A DNA stretch of 64,000 nucleotides, taken from NCBI GenBank assembly GCA_965247425.1, contig OZ252023.1, forward strand, positions 4,064,575-4,128,574, written 5' to 3'. Positions 11,443 to 21,089 of the stretch are shown here, one piece after another. Position numbers and translations under genes: made by a program. How positions within the stretch are numbered: the first letter of the stretch is position 1; each line of letters opens with the position of its first letter. Source of the DNA: Terriglobia bacterium. Lineage in GTDB: Bacteria; Acidobacteriota; Terriglobia; 20CM-2-55-15. Under the pieces are notes generated by a model. That model saw only the letters and a list, made by a program, of their open reading frames with translations. It had not been told where the DNA came from and made no database searches.

Positions 11443-12357
11443 CTATGTTCCAGAGGTGCGGGATGCTCCGATCGCCGCGCGTTTCACCGTTTCAGGCACG
11501 GGTTTCATGTCCCAGATGATCCCGAGCCACGACAGTATCTTCAAGACACAAAAGATAAGATCCAGTTCGTACCAGAAGAACCCGGATCGCGCCGAACCTG
11601 GATAGAAGTGATGATTGTTATGCCAACCCTCACCCAGGATGAAGAACGACAGCACCGGCCGGTTCGTGGAGTAGTCGTTCGTGTCGTACTGCCTCTTGCC
11701 TCCTCTGTGACAGAAATAGTTCACGGCCGAAGTGGCATGCAGAACGGCGACGAAACTCAGGCAGAAACCGGTCGCAAACATCGTGTAGCCACCCATCAGA
11801 TATGTAGTGACCGCAGCCGCCAGCGCGGACAGATAAAAGTACCGATGAAGCCACATCAACTCCGGGTATCGGGTCAGGTCCGATGACACCGCCAGAACTT
11901 CCTCCTCCGTGTAGCCCTCGTCGAGCAGACTTCCGATCCAGCAATACCAGAACCCCTGTTGCGGACTGTGGACGTCCTTCGGCGTGTCCGAATACTTGTG
12001 GTGGATACGGTGCTTCCCACTGAAGGCGACCGGGTCCCCCAGGGCAGTTCCCGCGGCCAGACCGAGAATGAACTGGCCGGCGCGACTCGTTTTGAACGAG
12101 CGGTGGGCGAAATACCGATGCAGTGCCCCACCGACACCAAAAATCATGACGGCGTACATGATTCCGAACGCAACCCAGTCGCGGGTTGAAGTTCCGGTCC
12201 AGAACAGACCCAGAGGGATCAGATGCAGGGCGAGGATGACAGCCGCCGCCCTGGCCTTGTCATACGGGGATCTGGTGGAACGGATTCGCCCACGCATAGA
12301 ACTCAGCGGCTGGACCGGGTGAGCCGTCCCTGCAGGTACTTCCCTGGAAATCGACAT
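11443..12357 (-). CDS. acyl-CoA/acyl-lipid (delta-9-type) fatty acid desaturase
   Basis: Three histidine boxes: HRYFAHRS, HRIHHKYSD, HNNHH. Multi-TM. Confidence 0.8.
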   Translation of the reverse strand: MSISREVPAGTAHPVQPLSSMRGRIRSTRSPYDKARAAAVILALHLIPLGLFWTGTSTRDWVAFGIMYAVMIFGVGGALHRYFAHRSFKTSRAGQFILGLAAGTALGDPVAFSGKHRIHHKYSDTPKDVHSPQQGFWYCWIGSLLDEGYTEEEVLAVSSDLTRYPELMWLHRYFYLSALAAAVTTYLMGGYTMFATGFCLSFVAVLHATSAVNYFCHRGGKRQYDTNDYSTNRPVLSFFILGEGWHNNHHFYPGSARSGFFWYELDLIFCVLKILSWLGIIWDMKPVPETVKRAAIGASRTSGT

Positions 12358-12649
12358 TCAAAGCCTCTTGCCCGATCAACAGGTTGAGTTCACGGCATGG
12401 CCGAGCCGGGTCGAATCCTCAATGTCCGGTTGCCGACGATCGGTCGGCTGCTTTCGGAACACCCCTGTAGGTTATAGATTCGATGGTTTTTATACTAGGT
12501 TTTATCTGTCTGATAATGGGATTTCAAAGAATCCGTGTTTTGCTGACAGCCGTTGACTGACTTCGATTTCGGGCCAACCTGGTCAAACGACATGGACCCA
12601 TCGCCCGGCCTCACCGTCACCAACGTGGAGATTCTTGCTAGGAGCCTGG

Positions 12650-15600
12650 CTACGCCAATCCTATTTTTTCGAGTACGGAAAGAAACTGGGGCTCCTGGCG
12701 GAGGGCGGCGTAGACCGGATCGGCCTTGGTCCACACCAGATAGAACGAGCGCTCTTCATAGGCCTTCCGCAGCCACTCGGCGGCCTCGGCCGTTTCCCCC
12801 AACCCGATATGGATGGGTGCACGGCAGGCCGCCGGGATATACCGCTCCTCGGACTGTCGATCCATCTCGGCCAGCAGATTACGGGCGTCCTCGATGTGCC
12901 CTTCGGTGGCATAACAGTAACCCAGGTGGCCGTCAATCAAAGGTAGGTTGTAGATGCTCTTCGCCTTTTGCATTTCCTCCATGGACTTGTCTTGTTGTCC
13001 GCACTCCCAGTAGGCACGGCCGAGAAAATAGTGGCCAATGACGGCAGTCGAATCCATCTCCAACGCTCGCTCGAGCTCCTCGACGGCACGGTCGTATTCA
13101 CGGTTGAAGAAGAGACACGCTCCGGCGACCACGTTTATCGTCGACGTAATCGGATCAAGCTGCTGCGCCCGCCTGGCTTCGGTCACCGCCTCGGTCAGTT
13201 GTCCGACGGGTACCAGGAAAAACAATGCATGCCACATGTGCGCCAGCGCGTAATCGGGATTGTCGCGGAGCGCTACGCCAAAATGGTGTTCGGCTTTCGG
13301 CCAGTCGTAGTCATACAGGGAAGCGGTCATGCCAAGCGAGGTGTGGGCTTCGACAAGGTTGGGATCGATGGCAAGCGCCCTCTCGGCGGCTGCCTTGGCC
13401 AGGGGCATGACCTGGCCGGGAAGCTGGCTCCCGTAATATCCCGGCACAAGGTAGCAGTCGGCCAGGCCACAATACGCCAGCGCATAATTCGGGTCGAGAT
13501 CGAGCGCCTGCTTGTAAACCTGGATGGATTTTCGGATCGCGTCCGGAACGCGATGGTTCCAGTAATACCGACCCTTCAAATACAGGTTATAAGCCTCGAT
13601 GTTGTCGGTATAACGGCGGACAGGACCCTGGTCTTCGGCAACATCCGGCTTCACCTTCTTGAGGATCCCCATCGAAATTTCGTCCTGGATCTCGAAGATG
13701 TCGTCGGCGTTCCGGTCGAATCTTTCGGACCAGACCTGATAGCCGTCCGAAGTGTTTGTGAGCTGTGCCGTGATTCGGAGTCGGTTCCCTGCTCGACGGA
13801 GACTGCCTTCGGTCACCTGCTCAACGTTGAGCTTGTGGCCAATGTCGCGAACATCGTATGCCTTGTCGAACTGGAACGAGGACCCACGAGAAGCCACCTG
13901 GAGACCTTTCACCTGCATGAGGGCGTTGATGATTTCTTCGGCGATGCCCTCGCAAAAATACCCCTGGTCCCGGCCGGGGCTCATGTCGCGAAAAGGAAGC
14001 ACGGCGATAGAACGCGGAGCTTCCTCGGTGGAACCGAGGGCCGCCCCGGGTCCTCTCCTCTGACCCACCTTTTGTATCGCTTGCAGCTCCGCAACCATCT
14101 CTTCGATTTGCGGGTAGCGTTGGTCGGGAAACTTGGCCATCGCTCGTCGCACCACCCAGTCGAGTTCCTGTGGCGCCTCGGGGCGCACGGAGGCTATCGA
14201 CTCGGGGTGGTCGTTGACCATGGCGTTGAGGAACGCATGGGGAGCTACCGCCTGGAAGGGATGCTTTCCGGTGGCCGCTTCATAGGCGAGAACACCCAGA
14301 GACCAGATATCGCTGCGATAGTCGACTTTGGTGCCGCGCGCCTGCTCGGGCGACATATAGAGGAGGGTAACCGAGACGGCTCCTTCCTGGGTGAGTGCCG
14401 TCGTCTCCATTCCGTCCGTCGGATTGACGATCATCGCCAAGCCAAAATCGACGATCTTGGGTATGTCTTCGGTCGTCATCATGATGTTGGCCGGCTTGAT
14501 GTCACGGTGAACGATGCCGTGGGCATGAGCGCGAGCGAGTCCAGACCCGATTTGGATGATGATGCCGATGACGTCAGAGATCGGCAACGGTTCTTCAAGG
14601 AGTTTTTCCTTGAGGCTGCCGCCTTGGATATAGGGCATGGAGATAAAAGTCTGCCGGTCGGGCCCCTCACCCACTTCATCGATTTCGAACACCGGGCAGA
14701 TGTTCGGATGATCCAACAGAGCCGCGGCCCGGGCTTCACGGATGAAGCGCTCTCGTACCTTGGGATTCTGGAGGGCGCGCGCCAGGAGGAACTTCAGAAC
14801 GACGCGGCGTTTCAACCGGATGTCTTCAGCCAGGTAGAGGGCGCCCATGCCCCCTTCGGCCAGTTTCTCGATTATCCGGTAGTGGGAAATCATGCCGCCG
14901 ACGACGGGTTTCGGCGGACTGGCACCCGGGTCGTGGCCGGGCGCCGCTCCGAACGCGGCTGAACTTCGACGTCGAGCTTCGGCCTCCAGGCCTGTCGGTA
15001 TCTGAGAGTCGCCAGGCGCGGATGTGCGTTCCCCGGATTCGAGTCGACTGCGGCGTTCATGCAAACGCCGAAGATGGTCCGCTACCTCGAGGGCGTTGTC
15101 CTTGCGGCGATCCGTCGAGCCGTCGACCAGCGAGCGGATGTCCTCACGGAGAAGTTCGTCGTTGATGTTCCGTTCCCATCCCGACGCCAGCGCACGACCG
15201 AAGTCGGCGACAGCGACCTGATAAAGCATGACTCCGAGCGCAAAGATGTCGGCCTGAACGGTCGCCTCTTTGCCCTCGATCACTTCCGGCGCCTTATAAA
15301 GGTGCGGGCTACCTGTCGCCGAATCGCTATCGGGCAAGACGATGTCGGTCATGCTGTAGAACGTTATTCCCATGTCCAGAAACAATTGTGCGGCCTTGCT
15401 TGCACCGACCCCAAAGTCGGTGAGCCGAACCTTCGGGACGCCGTTGGAGTCTGTCGCAATCAGAACGCTGGTCGGTTTGAGGTCCTTGTGCAGGACGCCA
15501 ACCGAATGTGCGGCAGCCAGGGCCTCAGCCAGTTGGGCAATCAATTCCAATCGGACGGAGAGAGGCACCTTGTCGAGACCGCCCTGCCTTTCTGCCCACT

Positions 15601-16570
15601 CGATGAAGTTCCCATCCTCGCTCCACTCCGACTCCAGGAAGTAGGGTGCCTCGTCGAACTGCCAATCGAGAATCCGCACGATGTCATCGCGATTGCCGAG
15701 GAGCTCCCGCATCAGCCGGAAAATCGACACCTCGCGGCGCAGGGTTCCCAGCCGCTCGGCATCCAGACAGAACTTGAACGTGCGCTGCTCACCGGTCTTC
15801 CGATTGGCCACAAGCCAGGCCTCTCCGAAGCCGCCTTCACCCAGCTTCTCCCGAAGCACCCAGTTGGACCGGTGCGGGATGTCCAGCCCCAGCCCCGGTC
15901 GCCATCCGAGCATCAATTCATCGGCCGGCGTGAGGGCGCGGCTGGCCTTTTCCGAATCAAGCGGAGCAGCGAGCGGGGCAAACCCGGTAATTCCGACCTC
16001 GAATATCTCCATCGGTTCGGTGACCCCTTTGAACCGATACTGGCCGTGGGCCAGCCATTGCAATGCCTCGTCGGGGGTCGTCTCACCGACGGAGCCACGT
16101 CTGGACAGGTCGAATGCGCCGCGCGTCAGGAGAGTCTGTTTCGCGCCTGCAAGCGACATCAGACGCGCAGCGGTGTGCTTTGCCAGTCCGTCCACCTCCA
16201 CGGGTTTGGCGCCGAGTTCAACATCCCCGGGAGCGTTCTCGCGCAGAACGACCTCACCCAGGTGGATTCCGGCCCTCGACGAGATCGATGCGCCCGTGCG
16301 GCTCTCCAACTCCGCAAGAGCCGTGTGATAGGCCAGGGCATATCGGACAGCGTCGATGGGACGTTCGAAAAGGAACAAAAACCCATCGGTCTTGTCGATC
16401 TCGGTTCCATCGAACCGGACGAGCAGATCGCGGGCAATCCGATCGGAGTCGGCCAGAATTTCGGAGGAACGCACATCGCCCAGTCGCTCGATCAACCGAG
16501 TACTTTCGACCAAGTCTGTCAGGAGAAGCGTTCTGACAACGGCTCCGCCCGTTCGGCTGGACAAGGACAC
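12650..16570 (-). CDS. multidomain signalling protein: adenylate/guanylate-cyclase-like domain, tandem Ser/Thr protein kinase domains, TolB-N-like domain, TPR repeats
   Basis: 1306 aa. N-terminus LLLTDLVESTRL (class III cyclase-like). Kinase 1 has GEGGFGEAW, HKDLKP, DFG. Kinase 2 has AEGGMGALY, HRDIKPANIM, DFGLA, SPEQ. Then VLPFRDMSP...YFCEGIAEEIINAL (TolB-N-like) and C-terminal TPRs. Confidence 0.8.
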   Translation of the reverse strand: MSLSSRTGGAVVRTLLLTDLVESTRLIERLGDVRSSEILADSDRIARDLLVRFDGTEIDKTDGFLFLFERPIDAVRYALAYHTALAELESRTGASISSRAGIHLGEVVLRENAPGDVELGAKPVEVDGLAKHTAARLMSLAGAKQTLLTRGAFDLSRRGSVGETTPDEALQWLAHGQYRFKGVTEPMEIFEVGITGFAPLAAPLDSEKASRALTPADELMLGWRPGLGLDIPHRSNWVLREKLGEGGFGEAWLVANRKTGEQRTFKFCLDAERLGTLRREVSIFRLMRELLGNRDDIVRILDWQFDEAPYFLESEWSEDGNFIEWAERQGGLDKVPLSVRLELIAQLAEALAAAHSVGVLHKDLKPTSVLIATDSNGVPKVRLTDFGVGASKAAQLFLDMGITFYSMTDIVLPDSDSATGSPHLYKAPEVIEGKEATVQADIFALGVMLYQVAVADFGRALASGWERNINDELLREDIRSLVDGSTDRRKDNALEVADHLRRLHERRSRLESGERTSAPGDSQIPTGLEAEARRRSSAAFGAAPGHDPGASPPKPVVGGMISHYRIIEKLAEGGMGALYLAEDIRLKRRVVLKFLLARALQNPKVRERFIREARAAALLDHPNICPVFEIDEVGEGPDRQTFISMPYIQGGSLKEKLLEEPLPISDVIGIIIQIGSGLARAHAHGIVHRDIKPANIMMTTEDIPKIVDFGLAMIVNPTDGMETTALTQEGAVSVTLLYMSPEQARGTKVDYRSDIWSLGVLAYEAATGKHPFQAVAPHAFLNAMVNDHPESIASVRPEAPQELDWVVRRAMAKFPDQRYPQIEEMVAELQAIQKVGQRRGPGAALGSTEEAPRSIAVLPFRDMSPGRDQGYFCEGIAEEIINALMQVKGLQVASRGSSFQFDKAYDVRDIGHKLNVEQVTEGSLRRAGNRLRITAQLTNTSDGYQVWSERFDRNADDIFEIQDEISMGILKKVKPDVAEDQGPVRRYTDNIEAYNLYLKGRYYWNHRVPDAIRKSIQVYKQALDLDPNYALAYCGLADCYLVPGYYGSQLPGQVMPLAKAAAERALAIDPNLVEAHTSLGMTASLYDYDWPKAEHHFGVALRDNPDYALAHMWHALFFLVPVGQLTEAVTEARRAQQLDPITSTINVVAGACLFFNREYDRAVEELERALEMDSTAVIGHYFLGRAYWECGQQDKSMEEMQKAKSIYNLPLIDGHLGYCYATEGHIEDARNLLAEMDRQSEERYIPAACRAPIHIGLGETAEAAEWLRKAYEERSFYLVWTKADPVYAALRQEPQFLSVLEKIGLA

Positions 16571-16836
16571 CCACGACCTCCTATCGTCGGGGCAGCTCGC
16601 TCGCTTTCAATAACAGGACTACAGGCGCCATCCAGGAAAGCGAGGGCTGTGTTCAGGGATATGTCACACACATTAGGAGCCTGTCCTATGTAAGGAGCAC
16701 ACCCATCAGGGACACAAATCCTATCATGCCTCCGAACGCTTATTCTTTGGATTCACAGTTGGCGGTATCCAGACGGTTGCGGTTCGAACTCGTGGGGCTC
16801 ACGCTTGACGACGAAAAATATTCGGTTCTCTCCGGC

Positions 16837-17106
16837 TTATCCGGGAAAGAAGATTCGCGCACACAGTTCGCCGAATCGGCGGTCTGATCGGAGGACATCA
16901 AATACCGGACGGGCCTTAAGCCAGATCAGGTCGCAGGAACGCAGGGAGTAAGCCTTCTCAAGGCTATCGAATGCCGCGTCGTAATCGCCCAGACCGGCAT
17001 AAACCTGGCTCAACAGGACCGGCGACACGTAGCGTTCCCTGGACCGATCAATCAACTCGTCGGTCAGTTGGAGGGCCATATTTTCTTCACCGACCAGCGT
17101 GGGCAT
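16837..17106 (-). pseudogene. frameshifted C-terminal TPR tail of the GspE-REC-TPR gene
   Basis: The 89-aa ORF (…EENMALQLTDELIDRSRERYVSP…) aligns with the C-terminus of the neighbouring kinase (…HIEDARNLLAEMDRQSEERYIP…). It lies in a different frame from the 1111-aa ORF that stops at 17087. A single-base indel is implied near 17090-17100. Confidence 0.6.
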
Positions 17107-20100
17107 GGGCCAGCGCCGCGAGCACTTCCGGACTGCGGCTCGTCAGCGATTCGGCTCGTTTCAGCTCGGCGATCGCATCTTCGTGCCTCTGTTTCTGGAC
17201 ATGCGCCAGACCGAGGAAATAATGAACGATGCCAAAGTTCGGATCCATCTCGATCACCTTGAGGTACTGGGTCACGGCCTCATCGTAACGGCGGTCGAAA
17301 TAGAGTTGAACGCCAACGGACATCGTCATGACCAGGGAGTGCGGATCCAGGCGCAAGGCCTGCTCGGCCTCTTGATGGGCTTCTTGCATACGACCCATCG
17401 GTGTCAGGTAATTGCTCGCGTACCAATTGTGGGCATTTGCATAGTTCGGGTTGATTTCAATCGCCCGTTTGAAGTGTGTCTCGGCCTCCAAGTCCCAGGC
17501 ATACATCGCCTGGACGCAACCCAGCGAATTGTGGGCTTCGGCCAGACCCGGATCGATATCGAGCGCATGTTCGGCCGCTTCCCTGGCCAGAGGCATCACC
17601 TCGTCGGGCGACAGTGCGCCATAAATACCAAGTGTGGTGTAGGACTCGGCCAGGCCGGCAAACGCCAGAGCGAAATCCGAATCCCGAGCGAGTGCCAGCT
17701 TGAACTGTTCGACGCTTTGGTTCAAACCATCTTCGGTCCGCATGTTCCAGTAATAGCGACCCTTCAGATACAGCTCGTAGGCCTGGGCATCCGTCGTGGG
17801 CTTCGGGGCGGGCGCCACTTCCTCGACTCCCATGAGGGTAACCTTAAGCTTGTCGACGATCGCGCGGGCGATGTCGTCCTGGACTTCGAACACGTCACCC
17901 ATCTCCCGATCGTATCGCTCGGACCAGAGGTCATATCCGTCTTCAACCTTGACGAGCTGGGCCGAGATGCGAAGCCGATCCTGGGACTTCCGAATGCTCC
18001 CCTCAAGAACCGCCTTCACGCCCAGCTGTTTGCCTAGTTCTCGAATATCAAGCCCTTTGTCTCGAAAACGGAAGGCAGACGTTCGCGCCGCGACACGCAG
18101 ACCTTCCAGCTTCGTCAGGGAGTTGATCAGCTCCTCGGCCAGTCCCTCGCAGAGGTAATCCAGATCGGACTCCGGGCTCATATCCGCAAACGGAAGCACC
18201 ACGATCGAAGGCTCGGTGTCTTCGAGAAGCCGGGACAGGTCGGTCTGGATCTCACCGGAAGGCTCATGGATTCTGGACCGCTCCAGCGTCGCCTTGACAC
18301 GTCTGATAAAGGCCTTGGGCACATAAGGTTTGCGCAGATAATCATCCGCCCCTTCCTCCATCAGGCTCGTCTCGAGAGCGTTGTCGTCGGACTCTGTCAA
18401 GACGATAACGGGAAGCCCGACAGTAGATACGGAGCCCCTCACACGGGACAGTAATTCGTGACCGTCCAGTCCGGGCATCGCCACTTCGGTGACGATCAGG
18501 TCCAGGTCTTTTTGACGATCGATGGCCTTGAGGGCGACTACTCTGCTTCCGGCCTCGGTGACGCGATAACCATTCTCTTCGAGGACACTTCGAGACTGAG
18601 CACGGCCTTCAGCCGTATGGTCGACGACCAGAACGTGCGGCCCCTTCGACGCCACGGTCGGCTCAGACTGGAACACCTGACCCAGTACTCGCTCCACCTC
18701 CTCCAGGCTTGTCAAGCCCTCCTTAACTTTGTCGAGAGCCATCGTGATCAACGGGACCGTTCCGGACTCGATTGAGGCCCGGGTCAATTCCTGAGCGCTC
18801 GCCCCGCTCCCGATCAGATCCTCCATCTCGGCGCTCTTCACAAGGAGTTCCAACACGGGAAGCCGGCCGCGATAGCCGGACTGGCCGCATTTGTCGCAAC
18901 CCGGCGCTCGCACCGGGGGTTTCACGCCAAAGCGATCGGCCAGACGTTGTTCGCCTGGTGTGAGGTCCTCTATCGTCTCGCTGCAATTGGTGCAGAGCTT
19001 TCGGATCAGACGCTGTGCGACGGCGCCGCGGAACGAACTCGCAACAGCCGAGGGATGCAATCCGAGTGCGGCCAGGCGCGGAATCACGCCGACGGCGTCG
19101 TTGGTATGTAGCGTGGCCATTACGAGGTGTCCGGTCACGCTCGCCTGGACGGCAATACCTGCAGTTTCAAGGTCTCGGATCTCCCCGACCAGAATCACGT
19201 CCGGATCCTGTCGGAGGATCGCTCGAAGCGACGATGCAAAGGTGACGCCACGCCGGGGGGCGACCTGGATCTGGGTGACACCGGAAAGCTCGTATTCAAC
19301 CGGGTCTTCGACGGTCATGATGTTGATCTGACCCGAGCTGGCAAGTTCTCGTATTGCGGCGTAAAGGGTTGTTGTCTTTCCCGAACCAGTCGGGCCGGTC
19401 ACAATCACGATTCCGTCACGCTGGGAAATCAGGTGGCGGAGCCGTTGCAGGTCCCCCTCCGGTAGAGCCAGTTCCGCCAGCCTGTGCCCGCCTTCCGGGC
19501 TCAGAATCCGAATGACGGCCTTCTCCGTGTCCCGTGTGGGCACCGTTGAGATACGGAGATCGTAGCTGACGCCGCCCACGCTGACGCGAGTCCGACCGCT
19601 GTGAGGCCGCAACCGATCCGCGATGTCCATCCCTCCAAGAACCTTGATGCGCGAAACGACGCGATTCAAAATCGGACGCGGCATCTTGAGATAGCTTCGG
19701 AGTACTCCGTCGACCCGAATCCGGACGCACCCGCCGTTGAGTTCGGGCTCCACGTGGATGTCGCTGGCGCCGCTGCCGATGGCATCGTGGAGGATCAGAT
19801 TCGTCAGTTTGACGACGGGCGCCTTCTCGACTTCCTGAACGGAAATGTCTTCAGGCTCGGACGACTCGATGACACGAACGGTGTTAGCCAGTTCCGACTG
19901 GACCCGGCTCATGAGGTTTTCCGTCAGTTGGTCCGGGGAGTATTTCGTGTTGATCGCGTCCTTGATGGTGGGAGGGGCGGCAACCTCAAACACCGCGTGT
20001 CTGCCGCACGCGAATCCGATCGCCTGCTCCGCAAGCAGGTTGGTCGGATCACTCGTCGTCACAATTAAGCGATTGTGTTCTTCGCGCAGGGGAAAAACCT

Positions 20101-20422
20101 CAAACCGCCGTGCGACCTTCTCGGGAAGCAATCTCAGCGCATGTTCTTCGGCGGAGGACAGATCGGCGACCCCAAGACGTTGGTGCGACGCCACGTGGCG
20201 CACCAGGTCGACCTCACTGGTCCGGCACGCTTCCTCGACCATCCGCCAGGCCTCGTCAAGGGGAACGGTGGAACGGATGTCCAGCACGTTGCTCCCCTCC
20301 AGATCAGCCTGGATCGCAACGCGGACTAGCCAGTGTCTCGGTTGTGGTGCTTGCTTCACGGAATCCTCTCCTGATCGCAATCGCTCGACGTCCATCCTAG
20401 ATGGACCGCGCGGTCGAGGCAA
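17087..20422 (-). CDS. GspE/PilB-family secretion ATPase fused to a CheY-like receiver, a TolB-N-like domain and TPR repeats
   Basis: T2SSE_N domain. Walker A GPTGSGKTT. Tetracysteine CTNC...CDKC. Then a receiver (DLDLIVTEVAMPGLDG...KP) and IVVLPFADMSP...YLCEGLAEELINSL (TolB-N-like). TPRs are paralogous to those of the upstream kinase. Confidence 0.8.
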   Translation of the reverse strand: MPRPRGPSRMDVERLRSGEDSVKQAPQPRHWLVRVAIQADLEGSNVLDIRSTVPLDEAWRMVEEACRTSEVDLVRHVASHQRLGVADLSSAEEHALRLLPEKVARRFEVFPLREEHNRLIVTTSDPTNLLAEQAIGFACGRHAVFEVAAPPTIKDAINTKYSPDQLTENLMSRVQSELANTVRVIESSEPEDISVQEVEKAPVVKLTNLILHDAIGSGASDIHVEPELNGGCVRIRVDGVLRSYLKMPRPILNRVVSRIKVLGGMDIADRLRPHSGRTRVSVGGVSYDLRISTVPTRDTEKAVIRILSPEGGHRLAELALPEGDLQRLRHLISQRDGIVIVTGPTGSGKTTTLYAAIRELASSGQINIMTVEDPVEYELSGVTQIQVAPRRGVTFASSLRAILRQDPDVILVGEIRDLETAGIAVQASVTGHLVMATLHTNDAVGVIPRLAALGLHPSAVASSFRGAVAQRLIRKLCTNCSETIEDLTPGEQRLADRFGVKPPVRAPGCDKCGQSGYRGRLPVLELLVKSAEMEDLIGSGASAQELTRASIESGTVPLITMALDKVKEGLTSLEEVERVLGQVFQSEPTVASKGPHVLVVDHTAEGRAQSRSVLEENGYRVTEAGSRVVALKAIDRQKDLDLIVTEVAMPGLDGHELLSRVRGSVSTVGLPVIVLTESDDNALETSLMEEGADDYLRKPYVPKAFIRRVKATLERSRIHEPSGEIQTDLSRLLEDTEPSIVVLPFADMSPESDLDYLCEGLAEELINSLTKLEGLRVAARTSAFRFRDKGLDIRELGKQLGVKAVLEGSIRKSQDRLRISAQLVKVEDGYDLWSERYDREMGDVFEVQDDIARAIVDKLKVTLMGVEEVAPAPKPTTDAQAYELYLKGRYYWNMRTEDGLNQSVEQFKLALARDSDFALAFAGLAESYTTLGIYGALSPDEVMPLAREAAEHALDIDPGLAEAHNSLGCVQAMYAWDLEAETHFKRAIEINPNYANAHNWYASNYLTPMGRMQEAHQEAEQALRLDPHSLVMTMSVGVQLYFDRRYDEAVTQYLKVIEMDPNFGIVHYFLGLAHVQKQRHEDAIAELKRAESLTSRSPEVLAALAHAHAGR

Positions 20423-20511
20423 ACAGATTTCGACTCGTCTGGGAGCCTAGGGCGATATCCTATGCCCTACTGTCGTGACAAATTGATGCTTCGATCCACC
20501 ATCGAAGCCCA

Positions 20512-20546
20512 CGTAAAAAGTGCGCCACCAGGGCGCACTTTTTACG
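20512..20546. terminator. bidirectional rho-independent terminator hairpin (downstream of the FKBP gene)
   Basis: Perfect 15-bp stem CGTAAAAAGTGCGCC / GGCGCACTTTTTACG with a 4-nt loop. A/T runs lie inside the stem ends. Confidence 0.6.
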
Positions 20547-20576
20547 GGGAGCGTTAAGGGAAGCTTCGACTTCGTT

Positions 20577-20996
20577 CTAATGAACTCCAAGCAGCTCGAC
20601 TTCAAAATCAAGGGTCGCGTTCGGGGGAATGACCCCCCCTGCTCCCGAGCTTCCATACCCGAGATCGGGAGGAATAAAGAGCTCCCGCTTGCCTCCGACT
20701 TTCATCCCGGCAACGCCTTCGTCCCAACCCTTGATGACGCGGCCGGCTCCCAGTAGAAAAGGGAACGGCTGACCGCGATCCACGGAGCTGTCGAACTTCT
20801 CTCCTCGCTGCCCATCGACGTACAGGTACCCGGTGTAATGAACGTCAACAGTCTTACCGGCAACAGCTTCTTCACCCGTGCCGACCTCGTGGTCGATATA
20901 TTTGAGTCCGGATTCGGTTTCTATCATATTGGATTGTGCAACGGCACATGCGGCCGCGAACAGGATCACGCCCAGAAAGATGACAGTTCTCTTCAT
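20577..20996 (-). CDS. FKBP-type peptidyl-prolyl cis-trans isomerase (secreted)
   Basis: Signal peptide followed by the FKBP fold signature ([18 protein letters not shown]...[17 protein letters not shown]). Confidence 0.85.
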   Translation of the reverse strand: MKRTVIFLGVILFAAACAVAQSNMIETESGLKYIDHEVGTGEEAVAGKTVDVHYTGYLYVDGQRGEKFDSSVDRGQPFPFLLGAGRVIKGWDEGVAGMKVGGKRELFIPPDLGYGSSGAGGVIPPNATLDFEVELLGVH

Positions 20997-21089
20997 GCCG
21001 CAGATACTCCTCTCGATCTTTAATTTGACAGCAGAAAGTTTAACCGGTGATTCGGTGAAAGTACAATATGTTGGTCTGTTCGTCGCGGA

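Noticed and set aside
12968-14962. 664-aa plus-strand ORF
   Set aside because: Lies entirely antisense within the kinase gene; low-complexity Arg/Gly-rich translation typical of a spurious high-GC ORF.
15059-16693. 544-aa plus-strand ORF
   Set aside because: Antisense to the kinase/cyclase gene; no motifs.
17099-18037. 312-aa plus-strand ORF
   Set aside because: Antisense within the TPR region of the GspE-REC gene.
17087-20422. Possible type II secretion or type IV pilus locus
   Set aside because: Only the ATPase is present; no GspF/PilC, pilins, secretin or inner-membrane components are in the window. It is therefore described as an orphan fusion rather than a secretion operon.
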